64,000 nucleotides of DNA, taken from contig JAPDFW010000083.1 in NCBI GenBank assembly GCA_028826165.1, forward strand, positions 62,001 to 126,000. Direction: 5' to 3'. This document shows, one piece after another, positions 26,400 through 39,536 of this stretch; the first letter of the stretch is position 1; each line of letters begins with the position of its first letter. Origin of the DNA: Anaeramoeba ignava BMAN. Its lineage: Eukaryota; Protista; Anaeramoebae. Both the position numbers and the translations under genes were made by a program. Under the pieces are notes generated by a model. That model was given only the letters and a program-made list of their open reading frames with translations. It was not told where the DNA came from and searched no databases.

Positions 26400-27790
26400 C
26401 TAGAAAATAATAACAATAATAAAAATAATAATAAAAATAATAAGAGAAGAATGGAAAAAATTTTTTTTGAGATCATTTTGAAGTTTTTCGTTCTGATTTT
26501 AATCTTTTAAGTTATTATTATTAATGTTATTGTTTTTGGCTTGATCTTTTCAAATTAAATTTTGAAGTTAATATTTTGTGTTTTTTTTTGAAGATCTTTC
26601 AACAATTTTAATATTGTTTTATTTATATTCATCTCAAACTTTATTTTCCTTATTATTTAATTGATCTTTTTCTTCATTATCTTCATTTTAATTATCATTT
26701 GATTCATCTTCTTTATTATCTTGATTTTCTTTATTATTTACTTCATTTTTATTTTCATTATTTACTTCATCTTTATTCTCTTTTTTTTTTCATTTTCATT
26801 TTGATTTTGATTTTGATTTTCATTTTCATTTTGATTTTGATTTTGATTTTCATTTTCATTTTCATTTTCATTTTCATTTTGATTTTCATTTTCATTTTGA
26901 TTTTGATTTTGATTTTCATTTTCATTTTCATTTTGATTTTGATTTTCATTTTGATTTTCATTTTCATTTTGATTTTCATTTTCATTTTCATTTTCATTTT
27001 CATTTTGATTTTCATTTTCATTTTCATTTTGATTTTGATTTTCATTTTCATTTTCATTTTCATTTTCATTTTCATTTTCATTTCATTTCATTTTCATTTT
27101 CATCATCATTTTCATTTTCAGTTTCCATTTCATATTCATTCTCATTTTGACTTTGATTTTGACTTTGATTTTGACTTTGATTTTGATTTTGATTTTTTTG
27201 ATTTTGATTTTCATTTTGATTTTTGATTTTTTTTCATTTTCATTTTCATTTTCATTTTCATTTTCATTTTCATTTTGATTTTCATTTTCATTTTCATTTT
27301 CATTTTCATTTTCATTTTCATTTTCATTTTCATTTTCATTTTGATTTTGATTTTCATTTTCATTTTCATTTTCATTTTCATTTTCATTTTCATTTTCATT
27401 TTCATTTTCATTTTGATTTTCATTTTCATTTTCATTTTCATTTTCATTTTCATTTTCATTTTCATTTTCATTTTCATTTTCATTTTGATTTTCATTTTGA
27501 TTTTCATTTTCATTTTCATTTTGATTTTGATTTTCATTTTCATTTTCATTTTCATTTTCATTTTCATTTTCATTTTCATTTTCATTTTCATTTTCATTTT
27601 CATTTTGATTTTCATTTTGATTTTCATTTTCATTTTCATTTTCATTTTCATTTTCATTTTCATTTTCATTTTCATTTTGATTTTCTTTTTCATTTTCATT
27701 TTCATTTTCATTTTCATATTCATTTTCATTTTTATCTTCTTTTTCATTTGAATCATTTTCATTTTCATTTTATTTTTTTAAATTTTGATT
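26400..27790 (-). pseudogene. Codon-periodic fossil reading frame (E/N/Q/K/D-rich) including an (AAAAT[G/C])n hexamer array at 26790-27770
   Basis: 26780-26400 reads without frameshift as ENKDEVNNENKNEVNNKENQDNKEDESNDN*NEDNEEKDQLNNKENKV*DEYK*NNIKIVERSSKKNTKY*LQNLI*KDQAKNNNINNNNLKD*NQNEKLQNDLKKNFFHSSLIIFIIIFIIVIIF*. Confidence 0.45.
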
Positions 27791-27849
27791 TTTCTTTTTT
27801 TTTTATTATCTTTATTTTGAATTTTTCATTTTTTCACTATTTTTATTTT

Positions 27850-30800
27850 TAATTTTTTTCATCTTTATCATCTTTATCTTCTTTATCACTTGAATCATTT
27901 TCATCATTTTCTTTATTTTTAATTAAATTTTCTTTTTCTTCTTTATCATCTTTATCACTTGAATCATTTTCATCATTTTCTTTATTTTTAATTAAATTTT
28001 CTTTTTTTTCTTTATCATCTTTATCATTTTCATTTTCTTTATCATATTTTTAATCCTTTTTCTTTTTATCTTTATCATCTTTATCATTTTAATTTTCTTT
28101 TTCATTTTCATTTTTTTTTTCATTTTCATCTTTATCATCTTTATCATCTTTATCACTTGAATCATTTTCATCATTTTCTTTATTTTTAATTAAATTTTCT
28201 GTTTCTTCTTTATCATCTTTATCACTTGAATCATTTTCATCACTTTCTTTATTTTTAATTAAATTTTCTTTTTCTTCTTTATCTTCTTTATCACTTGAAT
28301 CATTTTCATCACTTTCTTTATTTTTAATTAAATTTTCTTTTTCATCTTTATCACTTGAATCATTTTCATCACTATCTTTATTTTTAATTAAATTTTCTGT
28401 TTCTTCTTTATCATCTTTTTCATCTTTATCACTTGAATCATTTTCTTTATTTTTAATTAAATTTTCTTTTTCATCTTTATCATCTTTATCACTTGAATCA
28501 TTTTCATCATTTTCTTTATTTTTAATTAAATTTTCTTTTTCTTCTTTATCATCTTTATTATCTTTATTATCTTTATCATCTTTATCACTTGAATCATTTT
28601 CTTTATTTTTAATTAAATTTTCTTTTTCTTCTTTATCATTTTCATCACTTGAATCATTTTCATCACTATCTTTATTTTTAATTAAATTTTCTTTTTCTTC
28701 TTTATCATCTTTATCACTTGAATCATTTTCATCACTTTCTTTATTTTTAATTAAATTTTCTGTTTCTTCTTTTTCATCTTTATCATCTTCCTTTTTAATT
28801 GAATTTTTTGTTTCATCTTTATTATCTTCCTTTTTGATTAAATTTTTTGTTTCTTCTTTATTTTCTTCATTTTTAATTGAATTTGTGATTAAAATTTCTT
28901 TAATTGGACCATTTATTTGTTGAATATCACTTTCACTATCGGTATCATTATCGCTATCACTCGAAGAATCATTTTCTTGACTTTCATCCATTTTTTCAAC
29001 AGATCTATTTTCACTAGATTCATTTCTTTTCAATAAAAAGGATACGGTTTTTGTCTTTTTTGGTGCAAGAAAATTAAGCTGAGAATACAAAACCTCCCAC
29101 ACATATTGCAAAAAGAAAGATTTTGAATTCTCACTTTCCAAATAAGTGAAAATAGGGAATTTGGGCATATTTTCTTCATTTAGCTGATGGAAATCGCCTG
29201 AATGCTCTAAAATACTTTGCAAAATGTCATCGACTGAAAGCGAGAGGATTTTCTGGCTTTCAAAAGTTTCATCTTCCTTCGGAATCAGAAAGTTGAACCA
29301 CGAATTGCTTTGGGATTTTTCCAATTCTTGGTCTTTATTGAGCAATATGCTGTAAAAATGATAACACAATCTTTTAATGTCTTGCAAAAGTGGAATCAAA
29401 GCTTGTCGGTGTTCTGTTGGGATCCATTTCTCGTACGATGCATCCTCAAGCAAATTTGCTTTCTTGTAGTAATACAGCAAGAAATAGATCAGAATCTTGT
29501 TTTTATCGATTCCGTGGTGGATTGTTATGTTTATAATGGAGATGATATTCTCCAAAAATTGCGAATAAATCTTCATCGATGTTTGCAGTTTTTCAATCTT
29601 TTCCAGGCATTCTGAATCGTCATTGGATTGGTCTTGGATATGTTGATCGTCAAGATCAATCTCCACAATTTCCGAATTTTCCAGAAGATTATCCTGTGTG
29701 GGAGTTTTGGAAAGATGAGCCATTTCCTCCTGAATTCGATTGAATGTTTGAATCGATTTACTTTCCAATTTCTCTGTAAGAAGTGCCAGTGTTTTTGATG
29801 AATAAGGATGCAATTCAGGAACAATAATGGCAAGATTGGAAATGATTGCTAAACAATTTGAAATTAAATAAATATCCTTAAAAGAGCTCATATGAACTTG
29901 TGCAAGTTTTAATAAAACACAAATCTCCAGACTTGCAATATTGATTTCCCCAATTTCCCATTCACTGAACCACAACGCTTGTGTTTTTTTGTTGGCTATT
30001 CCCTGGCAAAATGTTTCATCTGAACTCAGAATCAAAAGAAGAACCAAATACATATATATTTCCCGCGATTCGAGTGTTTGCGGTTTGTATAATGTTTGCA
30101 GAATTGGAACAATCAAGGAATCAATATCTGTCCGTGAAAGAAAGAAATCAAAGAAGAAATTATTTTCTCGAAGCAGTAAATAAAGGAAAATATTTGTTTG
30201 TTTTGCAGAAATCAACCTAATCAATCAGTATAAACAGAAGAATTCAAATTAATTTATATCATAAAAAAAATTTTTTTATGCTTTAAATATGAAAAAAAAA
30301 ATACCGATAAATTGATGAATATAGATTCGCCATTGATATTTCTTTGTCAAGTTCTTTGGGATCTTTTTCTAATGCATTATCATTCACTAATAGATTGAAT
30401 TATTGAAGAAGTTTTATTAATTATTAATTAGTATTTATTTAAATATAAAAATTGTTACATGAAATGGGTTGAAATTTTGCAATAGAATTTCGATAAATAT
30501 TAAAATTATTGGTTTTTTCATCAGGAGGTTGATTTTCATTTAAATTTTCATTATTTTCAAATAAAATTTCATTTGGAAATGTATTTGTAAGAACCAAAAT
30601 GAGAAGCAATGAAAGATTTGAAAAAGAATATTCTTCTATAAATGTTTTAGGAGGAATTAATTCACTTTCTTCTTCTAAAAAGTTGAATAAATATCGAATT
30701 GCAATTAAAGGAATCCGAAACAGAAAAGCTTTAAATGAAATTAAATATAAAATAAATTAAATTAAATTAAATTAAATTAAATAAAATTAAATTAAATTAA

Positions 30801-33800
30801 ATTAAATTAAATTAAATTAAATTAAATTAAATTAAATTAAATTAAATAAATTAAATTAAATTAAATTAAATATAATTAAATAAAATTAAATTAAATTAAA
30901 TAAAATTAAATTAAATTAAATAAAATAAAATTAAATTAAATTAAATTAAATATAATTAAATATAAAATTAAATATAATTAAATTAAATTAAATTAAATAA
31001 AATTAAATTAAATTAAATTAAATTAAATAAAATTAAATCAAATTAAATTAAAATAAATTAAATTAAATTAAATTAAATTAAATTAAAATAAATTAAATTA
31101 AAATATATGTACAAGTTGCTTCAATTATTAAATTGCTATCCTTTTGAGTAGTGTCTTTCAGATGATAAAATTGTTCAAAATGTATAAAGATATAAATTAA
31201 TCTCGAAATAAAATCAAATGCATCATCTTCCGAAATTTGAAAGAATGAGTTTGTGAGTAAAAGAATATACTCATCTTGACTTGAGTAACCAAGGGAGAGG
31301 AAGATGATTAACATTTGGATAATATCTTCATGAAGTTCAAAATTTTCTTTTCTTTATATTTGAAAAATTTGGAATATAAATATGATTTTTTAAATGAAAA
31401 AAAAAAATTTCTTAAATACTTTGGTAAAAAAATAGAAACATAAGAAATCATTTTTTGGATCAATTTGGGTAATATATTTTCAGTAATTTTTGTTGTAAAT
31501 GAAACTTGGGTTTCCTCGTTTTTAATAATAATCTCTTTCTCATGTTTTTTCTTGTCTTTGTGAATCTCAAAAAGTTGTCCAATTTGTGAACGAGGAAAAT
31601 CTTTAAGAATAGAAGAAAAAAATACTTGGAAAAGAAACAATTGATTTACAACTTGTTTTGAAGTCACTTCGATATTTTGCTTCAAGGTATTTAAATTAGA
31701 TAAAGAATTGATTAAATGGTTTGTAAATGTTGCGAGATTAGAATTAAGACTTTGTAAATCTGTATTTGAAGAAAAAAAATATTTTTATATTATATTTAAA
31801 TTATTTTTATATTATTTTTATATTTATATTAATATTTATATTTATATTTATATTTATATTTATATTTATATTTATATTTATATTTATATTTATATTTATA
31901 TTTATATTTATATTTATATTTATATTTATATTTATATTTATATTTATATTTATATTTATATTTATATTTATATTTATATTTATATTTATATTTATATTTA
32001 TATTTATATTTATATTTATATTTATATTTATATTTATATTTATATTTATATTTATATTTATATTTTTATTATATTTTATATTTATATTTATAATTATATT
32101 TATATTTATAATTATATTTATATTTATATTTATATTTATATTTATATTTATATTTATATTTATATTTATATTTATATTTTATATTTATATTTTATGTTTT
32201 ATTTATATTTTTATTTATATTTATATTTATATTTATATTTATATTTATATTTATATTTATATTTATATTTTTATATTTAAATTTATATTTATATTTATAT
32301 TTATAATTATATTTATATTTATATTTATATTTATATTTATATTTTATATATTTATATTTATTTTATATTTTATATTTTATGTTTATATTTATATTTATAT
32401 TTATATTTATATTTATATTTATATTTATTATTTTTATTTTATATTTTATATTTATATTTATATTTATATTTATATTTTATATTTATATTTATTTATATAT
32501 TTATATTTATATTTTATTTTTATATTTATATTTATATTTATATATTTATAATTATATTTATATTTATAATTTATATTTTATATTTATATTTATATTTATA
32601 TTTTATATTTATATTTTATTTATATTTTATATTTTATATTTATATTTTATATTTATATTTATATTATTTTATATTTTATGTTTATATTTATATTTATATT
32701 TATATTTTATTTATATTTTATTTTATATTTATATTTATATTTATATTTATATTTATATTTTATATTTTATATTTTATATTTATATTTTATATTTATATTT
32801 ATATTTTATTTTATATTTATATTTATATTTATATTTATATTTATATTTTATATTATATTTATATTTATATTTTATATTTATATTTATATATTTATATTTT
32901 ATATTTATATTTATATTTATAATTTATATTTATATTTATATTTATATTTATGTTTATATTTATATTTATATTTATATTTTATATTTATATTTATATTTTA
33001 TGTTTATTTTATATTTTATATTTTATATTTATATTTATATTTATATTTATATTTTATATTTTATATTTATTTTATTTTATATTTTATTTTATGTTTATGT
33101 TTATATTTATATTTATTAATTTATATTTATATTTATATTTATATTTATATTTATATTTATATTTATATTTATATTTTATATTTATATTTTATATTTATTT
33201 TTATTTTTATATTTATATTTTATATTTATATTTATATTTTATATTTATATTTATATTTTATTTATATTTTATATTTTATATTTTATATTTATATTTATAT
33301 TTATATTTATATTTATATTTATATTTATATTTTATATTTTATTTTATGTTTATATTTATATTTATATTTTATTTATATTTTATATTTATATTTATATTTA
33401 TATTTATATATTTATTTTTATTTTATATTTTTATATTTTTATATTTATATTTTATTTTATATTTATTTTTATATTTATATTTATATTTTATATTTATTTT
33501 ATATTTTTTATATTTTTATATATATTTTATTTATATTTTATATTTATATTTATATTTTATATTTATATTTATATTTATATTTATGTTTATTTTATATTTT
33601 TTTATATTTATATTTATATTTATATTTATATTTTATATTTTATATTTATAATTATATTTATATTTTATATTTTATATTTATATTTATATTTTATATTTAT
33701 ATTTATATTTTATGTTTATATTTATATTTTATATTTATATTTATATTTTATGTTTATATTTATATTTTATATTTATATTTTATATTTTATATTTATATTT

Positions 33801-35069
33801 ATATTTTATGTTTTTTATTTATATTTTATATTTTATATTTATTTTATATTTATATTTATATTTTATATTTATATTTTATTTTTATATTTATATTTATATT
33901 TTTATATTTATATTTATATTTATATTTATATTTTATATTTATATTTTATATTTTATTTATATTTTATATATATATATTTATGTTTATATTTATATTTATA
34001 TTTTATATTTATATTTATATTTATATTTATATTTTATATTTTATATTTATATTTTATTTATATTTATTTTATTTTTATTTTTATATTTATATTTATGTTT
34101 TTATATTTATATTTTATATTTATATTTTATGTTTATGTTTATTTTATATTTATTATTTATATTTATATTTTATATTTATATTTATATTTATATTTATGTT
34201 TTTATTTTATTTTATATTTATATTTTATATTTTATATTTTATATTTTATATATTTTATATTTATATTTTATATTTATATTTTATATTTATATTTTATATT
34301 TATATTTTATATTTATAATTATATTTATATTTATATTTATATTTATATTTTTATTTTTATATTTATATTTATGTTTATTTTATATTTTATATTTATATTT
34401 TATATTTATATATATTTTATATTTATATTTATATTTACATTTATATTTATATTTATATTTATATTTATGTTTTATATTTATATTTATATTTTATATTTTT
34501 ATATTTTATTTATATTTATATTTATATTTATATTTATATTTATATTTATATTTATTTATATTTTATATTTATATTTATAGTATTTATATTTTATATTTAT
34601 ATTTATATTTATATTTATATTTATATTTATATTTATATTTATTTTATATTTATATTTATATTTATATTTATATTTATATTTATGTTTATACTTATATTTA
34701 TATTTATATTTATATTTATATTTATATTTATATTTATATTTATATTTATATTTATATTTATATTTATATTTATATTTATATTTATATTTATATTTATATT
34801 TATATTTATATTTATATTTATATTTATATTTATATTTATATTTATATTTATATTTTAAATATTTATATTTATATTATATCGTTAATTGTTAAACGTATAC
34901 ATAAAGATGTGTATTTCTCAATATCAAAATTATGTGATTGAATTTGCTTTTTGAATTTGGTTTGCGTTAAAGAATTAAATAATTGAATCCAAAATGGATC
35001 ATCAAATGGTATCTCTTTTGTTCCTGAAAAATCTAATAATAAAGATTCAAGTTGTTCAAATGATTCCAT
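27850..35069 (-). CDS. DYM: Dymeclin (Golgi organisation) with acidic tandem-repeat C-terminal tail
   Basis: Exons approx. 35069-34901, 31759-31420, 31351-31113, 30729-30459, 30386-30305, 30216-end. Motifs [70 protein letters not shown] and LHPY. The stop is at 28089 as written, but the tail repeats resume and stop cleanly at about 27850. Confidence 0.9.
27855..28860 (-). repeat. Coding minisatellite, unit about [23 protein letters not shown] (about 60-78 bp), more than 10 copies
   Basis: Visible in the ORF translation and the DNA. Confidence 0.9.
31790..34870. repeat. About 3.1-kb (TATATT)n intronic microsatellite, perfect at both ends and degenerate in the middle
   Basis: Fills dymeclin intron 1 (31760-34900). 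Confidence 0.95.
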
Positions 35070-35374
35070 AATTTTTTAATTTTTTAATTTTTGTAATTAA
35101 ATTTTTGTAATTAAAATTTTTTTTTTTTAATTTTTAAAATGGAAAAAAATGAAAAAAAAATGAAAAAAAAAATTTAGAAAGGAGAAAAAAAAAATAAAAT
35201 TAAAAAGGAGAAAAAATAAAAATTTGTTTTGTTTTTTTGTTTTTTATTATTTGATAACATAAAGATTGGAAGAAAAAAACGTAAGAAAAGAAAAGAAAAG
35301 AAAAGAAAAGAAAAGCAAAAAGATCAAAAAGCAAAAAAAAAAAAACAAAAAAAAAAAAAAATAAATTTTAACAA

Positions 35375-36133
35375 TCAATTTCGTTTGAAAACAAGTGCTC
35401 CTCTTTTATAAGATGTTTTGTTAGTTAATTTGAAAGAACGAGAAAGAAATTTAGAAACACCACGTCTTGCATTAAAAGATTTTTGTTGAAGACTTTTAAT
35501 TACTCTTTGATTTTTATCAGATCTTGCAGAAGCTTTTGCCATTAAAAAAAACAATTCATTATGAATAATAACTTTTTTTGGGATCTTTTTCTTGGTTTGG
35601 AAACGGGAATATGTATTAGGGCCCCAACCTCGAATGTATTCACTGAATAATTCTGCTAGTTTATCAAGTTTCTTGCCTATTCCTGGTCGCGGACGTTGAG
35701 AAAAGAATTGGTTCAATTTTTGCTCTTTTTCGGGATCTAAATTACCGTTTATAAAATATCTTCCAGTTCCTTTTTTAGGATGAGTTTCAATAATTTCGTG
35801 AGTGCTGTCTTCATTTATTATTGAAAGATTTTTTGGATTTTCAAGTGTTAATTTTTCATTTTCAGTTGTTTTTGAATCTTCTTCTGTTTTTTCCAGTTTG
35901 GAATTCGAGAAAGGAAAAGAAATTGCTTTTTCTTGTTCTTTTGGTTCTTGTTGTCTTATCAAATTTGTTAATTTTTCTTCTTGTTCAATAAAAGCAAAAT
36001 TTTTTGGAGTTGGAAAATTAAGTGTGTTTGTAAACTGAAAAGAATCCGGATCATCATATAAAATAGAGAAATCATTCTCATTCAAAAGCTGATCTGGAAA
36101 AAGTGTGTTTGTTGAAAATATATCAAAAGACAT
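35375..36133 (-). CDS. Hypothetical protein, 252 aa, intronless; acidic/aromatic N-terminus and basic C-terminal domain
   Basis: ORF with coding-like composition from ATG 36133 (MSFDIFSTNTLFPDQ); the upstream ORF extension is low-complexity UTR. No family recognised. Confidence 0.7.
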   Translation of the reverse strand: MSFDIFSTNTLFPDQLLNENDFSILYDDPDSFQFTNTLNFPTPKNFAFIEQEEKLTNLIRQQEPKEQEKAISFPFSNSKLEKTEEDSKTTENEKLTLENPKNLSIINEDSTHEIIETHPKKGTGRYFINGNLDPEKEQKLNQFFSQRPRPGIGKKLDKLAELFSEYIRGWGPNTYSRFQTKKKIPKKVIIHNELFFLMAKASARSDKNQRVIKSLQQKSFNARRGVSKFLSRSFKLTNKTSYKRGALVFKRN

Positions 36134-36615
36134 ATGAAGAAAGTAAGAAAAAGAAAAGAAAAGAAAAGAAAAAATGAAAATTAAAGAGAAATAGCAATAA
36201 ATTATTAATTGAAAAATTGTGAAATAAAGATTTAATGATGAGTGTTGCTGAGTTGGTTCAGTAAATGGGTTCTTAAAACAAAAAAACAAAAAAAAAAAAA
36301 TTTTTTTCTTTTAATTAAAATTAATTAAAAAGAAATTAATTAAAATTAAATAATTAAAATTAATTATTTAAATAAAAGGAAACAGTTTTGAACAGCCAAT
36401 TCTTATTCTTATTCTTTTTAAAAATTAAAAATTTAAAAATTAAAAAATTTTTCTTTTTTTTTTTGAAATGAAAAGAGGATTTGATTCTCTTAATTTCTTT
36501 TTGAAGAAATTGAATTGAATTGAAAAAGAAAAATTTGAAAAAAAAAGATTTGAAAAAAAAGATTTGAATTGAATTGAATTGAATTAAAATTGAATTGAAT
36601 TGAATTTGAATGAGT

Positions 36616-38156
36616 TTATTTTGGAAGACCAGCACAAGCACCAGATTCAATACCGCATTCGTTACTTCCTCTAAGGATCCAGAAACTACCTTTCATACCC
36701 CAAGTATATCCCCAAGAGTTATCACAGATCCAGTAAGGAGTTTTAGCATCATCATTAGTAACACCCCAACCACGAATCAAAATAGCATGACCACCTTCTA
36801 ATGCTCCAGATTTATATTGATAAACACCACTAGTGTAATTCATGAAATCAGCATAAACGTTGAAAGTTCCAGTGATTGGTCCATCATTGTAGATTGCTTC
36901 CATCATGCTATCTTGTCCGGAATAATCTTTGGTTGATAAAAGTTTGGCGTGATATTTGGTGAATGATTCAGAATTAACACATTCCTTTAAGCATTTTCCA
37001 TTATCTCCTCCTCCAGAAACATAAGGGAAGCATGTGAGTGTTTCAATTCCACCAACTTCGATAAAATCCCAAGCAAGATGAGGCATTCCACCATTACATC
37101 CTTTTTAAAATGTTGAATAAAATATTTTTAAATTTTAATTTTATTATAATTTTATTATAATTTTAATTTTAATTTAATTTTAATTTTAATTTTAATTTTA
37201 AATTTAAATTTTTAATTTTAATTTTAATTTTAATTTTAATTTTAATTTTAATTTTAATTTTCAAATAAATTTTAATTTTAATTTTAATTTTAATTTTAAT
37301 TTTAATTTTAATTTTATATAATTTTCAATTTTAATTTTCAAATAAATTTTAATTTTAATTTTAATTTTAATTTTCAAATAAATTTTAATTTTAATTTTAA
37401 TTTTAATTTTTGATTTAATTTTAATTTTAATTTTCAATTTTAATTTTCAAATAAATTTTAATTATAATTTTGATTTTAATTTTCAAATAAATTTTAATTT
37501 TAATTTTAATTTTCAAATAAATTTTAATTTTAATTTTAATTTTAATTTTAATTTTATTATAATTTTCAATTTTAATTTTCAAATAAATTTTAATTTTAAT
37601 TTTGATTTTAATTTTAAATTTAATTTTTATTTACCTTGATTTCCTTCCCAATCACAAGAAACAAGGGTTTGTGGAGAGAAAACAAGATTTTCACCTTTAG
37701 CTCTGCAATAACGATGACTGAAAGATTCAGCAGTTCCAAAAGCCCAACAAGATCCACCTAAATTAAAAATTAAATTTAAATTAAATTTAAATTTAAATAA
37801 AATTAAATTAAATTTAAATAAAATTAAATTAAATAAAAATTAAATAAAATTTAATTAAAATTAAATTAATTAAATTAAAAATAAAATTAAAATTAAAATT
37901 AAAATTAAAATTTACATTGTCCTTGATCTAAAATGCCTGTTTTGCATTGAGGATAGCTTTCATAAAAATTATAAGAATCTGGAAGACCTTCTTTTGGTTT
38001 TGAATAAATTGGTGTTTCATCAGAAATTGGTGAACCAAGAAGTGCTCTGAATTCTTCCATTGAAACTCCTTCAAATCGTGGATTTACTCCTGATGTCCAT
38101 GTTGAAGCTCTAATAAGTGTAATAACAAGAAGTGTAACAAAAATAAAAGCTTTCAT
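36616..38156 (-). CDS. CTSB: Cathepsin B-like papain-family (C1A) cysteine protease with signal peptide
   Basis: Exons approx. 38156-37916, 37758-37635, 37100-36616. Motifs DQGQC|GGSCWAF, FSPQTLVSCD, G|CNGG, VYADFMNYTSGVY, GGHAILIRGWG, YWICDNSWG and ILRGSNECGIES. Confidence 0.95.
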
Positions 38157-38393
38157 AATAAGTTTAAAAAAAAAAATGAAAAAAAATTAAAATTAAAAAT
38201 AAAAATAAAAATAAAAATAAACTGACGTTGAATAAGCAAAAAAAATTTAAATAAAAAAATAAATAAAAAATAATAAACCTTCTTTAAAAAATATAAACAA
38301 AAGAAGAATCACAATTAAATACCTATTCAAAACTAATTTTATTTTTCAAATAATTTAATTTAAATAAATCAATAAAAAAATTTTTTTTGATCA

Positions 38394-39495
38394 TTTATTT
38401 TAAAATAATAAATAAAAACAAAATCAAGTTAAATATTAAATTAAAGTATATCTAATTATTGAAATAAATTTAATAAAAATATTTAATTTAAAAATAATAA
38501 TAAATTTAATAATAATTAATAATAAATTTATTAATAATTTATTTTAAAATAATAAATAAAAACAAAATCAAGTTAAATATTAAATTAAATTATATCTAAT
38601 TATTGAAATAAATTGAATAAAAATATTTAATTTAAAAATAATAATAAATTAAATAATAATTAATAATAAATTTATTAATAATTTATTTTAAAATAATAAA
38701 TATAAAACAAAATCAAAGTTAAATATTAAATTAAATTATATCTAATTATTGAAATAAATTTAATAAAAATATTTAATTTAAAAATAATAATAAATTAAAT
38801 AATAATTAATAATAAATTTATTAATAATTTATTTTAAAAAATAATAGAAACAAAAAAGTTAAAAACAAAACCAAGTTAAATATTAAATTAAATAATATTT
38901 AATTATTGAAATAAATTTAATAAAAATATTTAATTTAAAAATAATAATAAATTAAACTATAATTATTGAAATAAATTTATTAATAAATTTATTTTAAAAT
39001 AAATAAAAATAATTAAAATAAATTTAAAATAAAATTTTAAAAATAATAAATTAAATATTAAATTATATCTAATTATTGAAATAAATTTAATAAAAATATT
39101 TAATTTAAAAATAATAATAAATTAAATAATAATTAATAATAAATTTATTAATAATTTATTTCAAAATAATAAATAAAAACAAAACCAAGTTAAATATTAA
39201 ATTAAATTATATCTAATTATTGAAATAAATTTAATAAAAATATTTAATTTAAAAATAATAATAAATTAAATAATAATTAATAATAAATTTATTAATAATT
39301 TATTTTAAAATAATAAATAAAAACAAAATCAAATTAAATATCAAATTAAATCATATCTAATTATTGAAATAAATTTAATAAAAATATTTAATTTAAAAAT
39401 AATAATAAATTTAATAATAATTAATAATAAATTTATTGATAATTTATTTTAAAATAATAAATAAAAACAAAAACAAATTAAATATTAAATTAAAC
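38394..39495. repeat. AT-rich tandem satellite, unit about 144 bp, about 7.5-8 copies
   Basis: The anchor aaa(t/c)caagttaaatattaaattaaattatatctaattattgaaataaa recurs at 38421, 38565, ~38710, ~38868, ~39050 (degenerate), 39182, 39326 and ~39471. Confidence 0.9.
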
Positions 39496-39536
39496 TTATT
39501 CTCGTTTTTTATTAATTTTAAATTTTAATTTTAATT

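Noticed and set aside
26400-26780. Alternative genetic code (TAA/TAG = Gln)
   Set aside because: TAA, TAG and TGA all terminate conserved genes in this window, and long conserved ORFs have no in-frame stops.
31708-34941. Long ORFs of (IY/IF/LY)n, and similar ORFs at 5887, 6919, 13551, 14684, 24201, 26699-27852, 48682, 50782, 59954 and 62074
   Set aside because: They are translations of intronic or intergenic microsatellites, or antisense to coding repeats, and have no protein-like complexity.
38394-39495. CRISPR-like array
   Set aside because: Head-to-tail units with no unique spacers, in a eukaryotic context with no cas genes.
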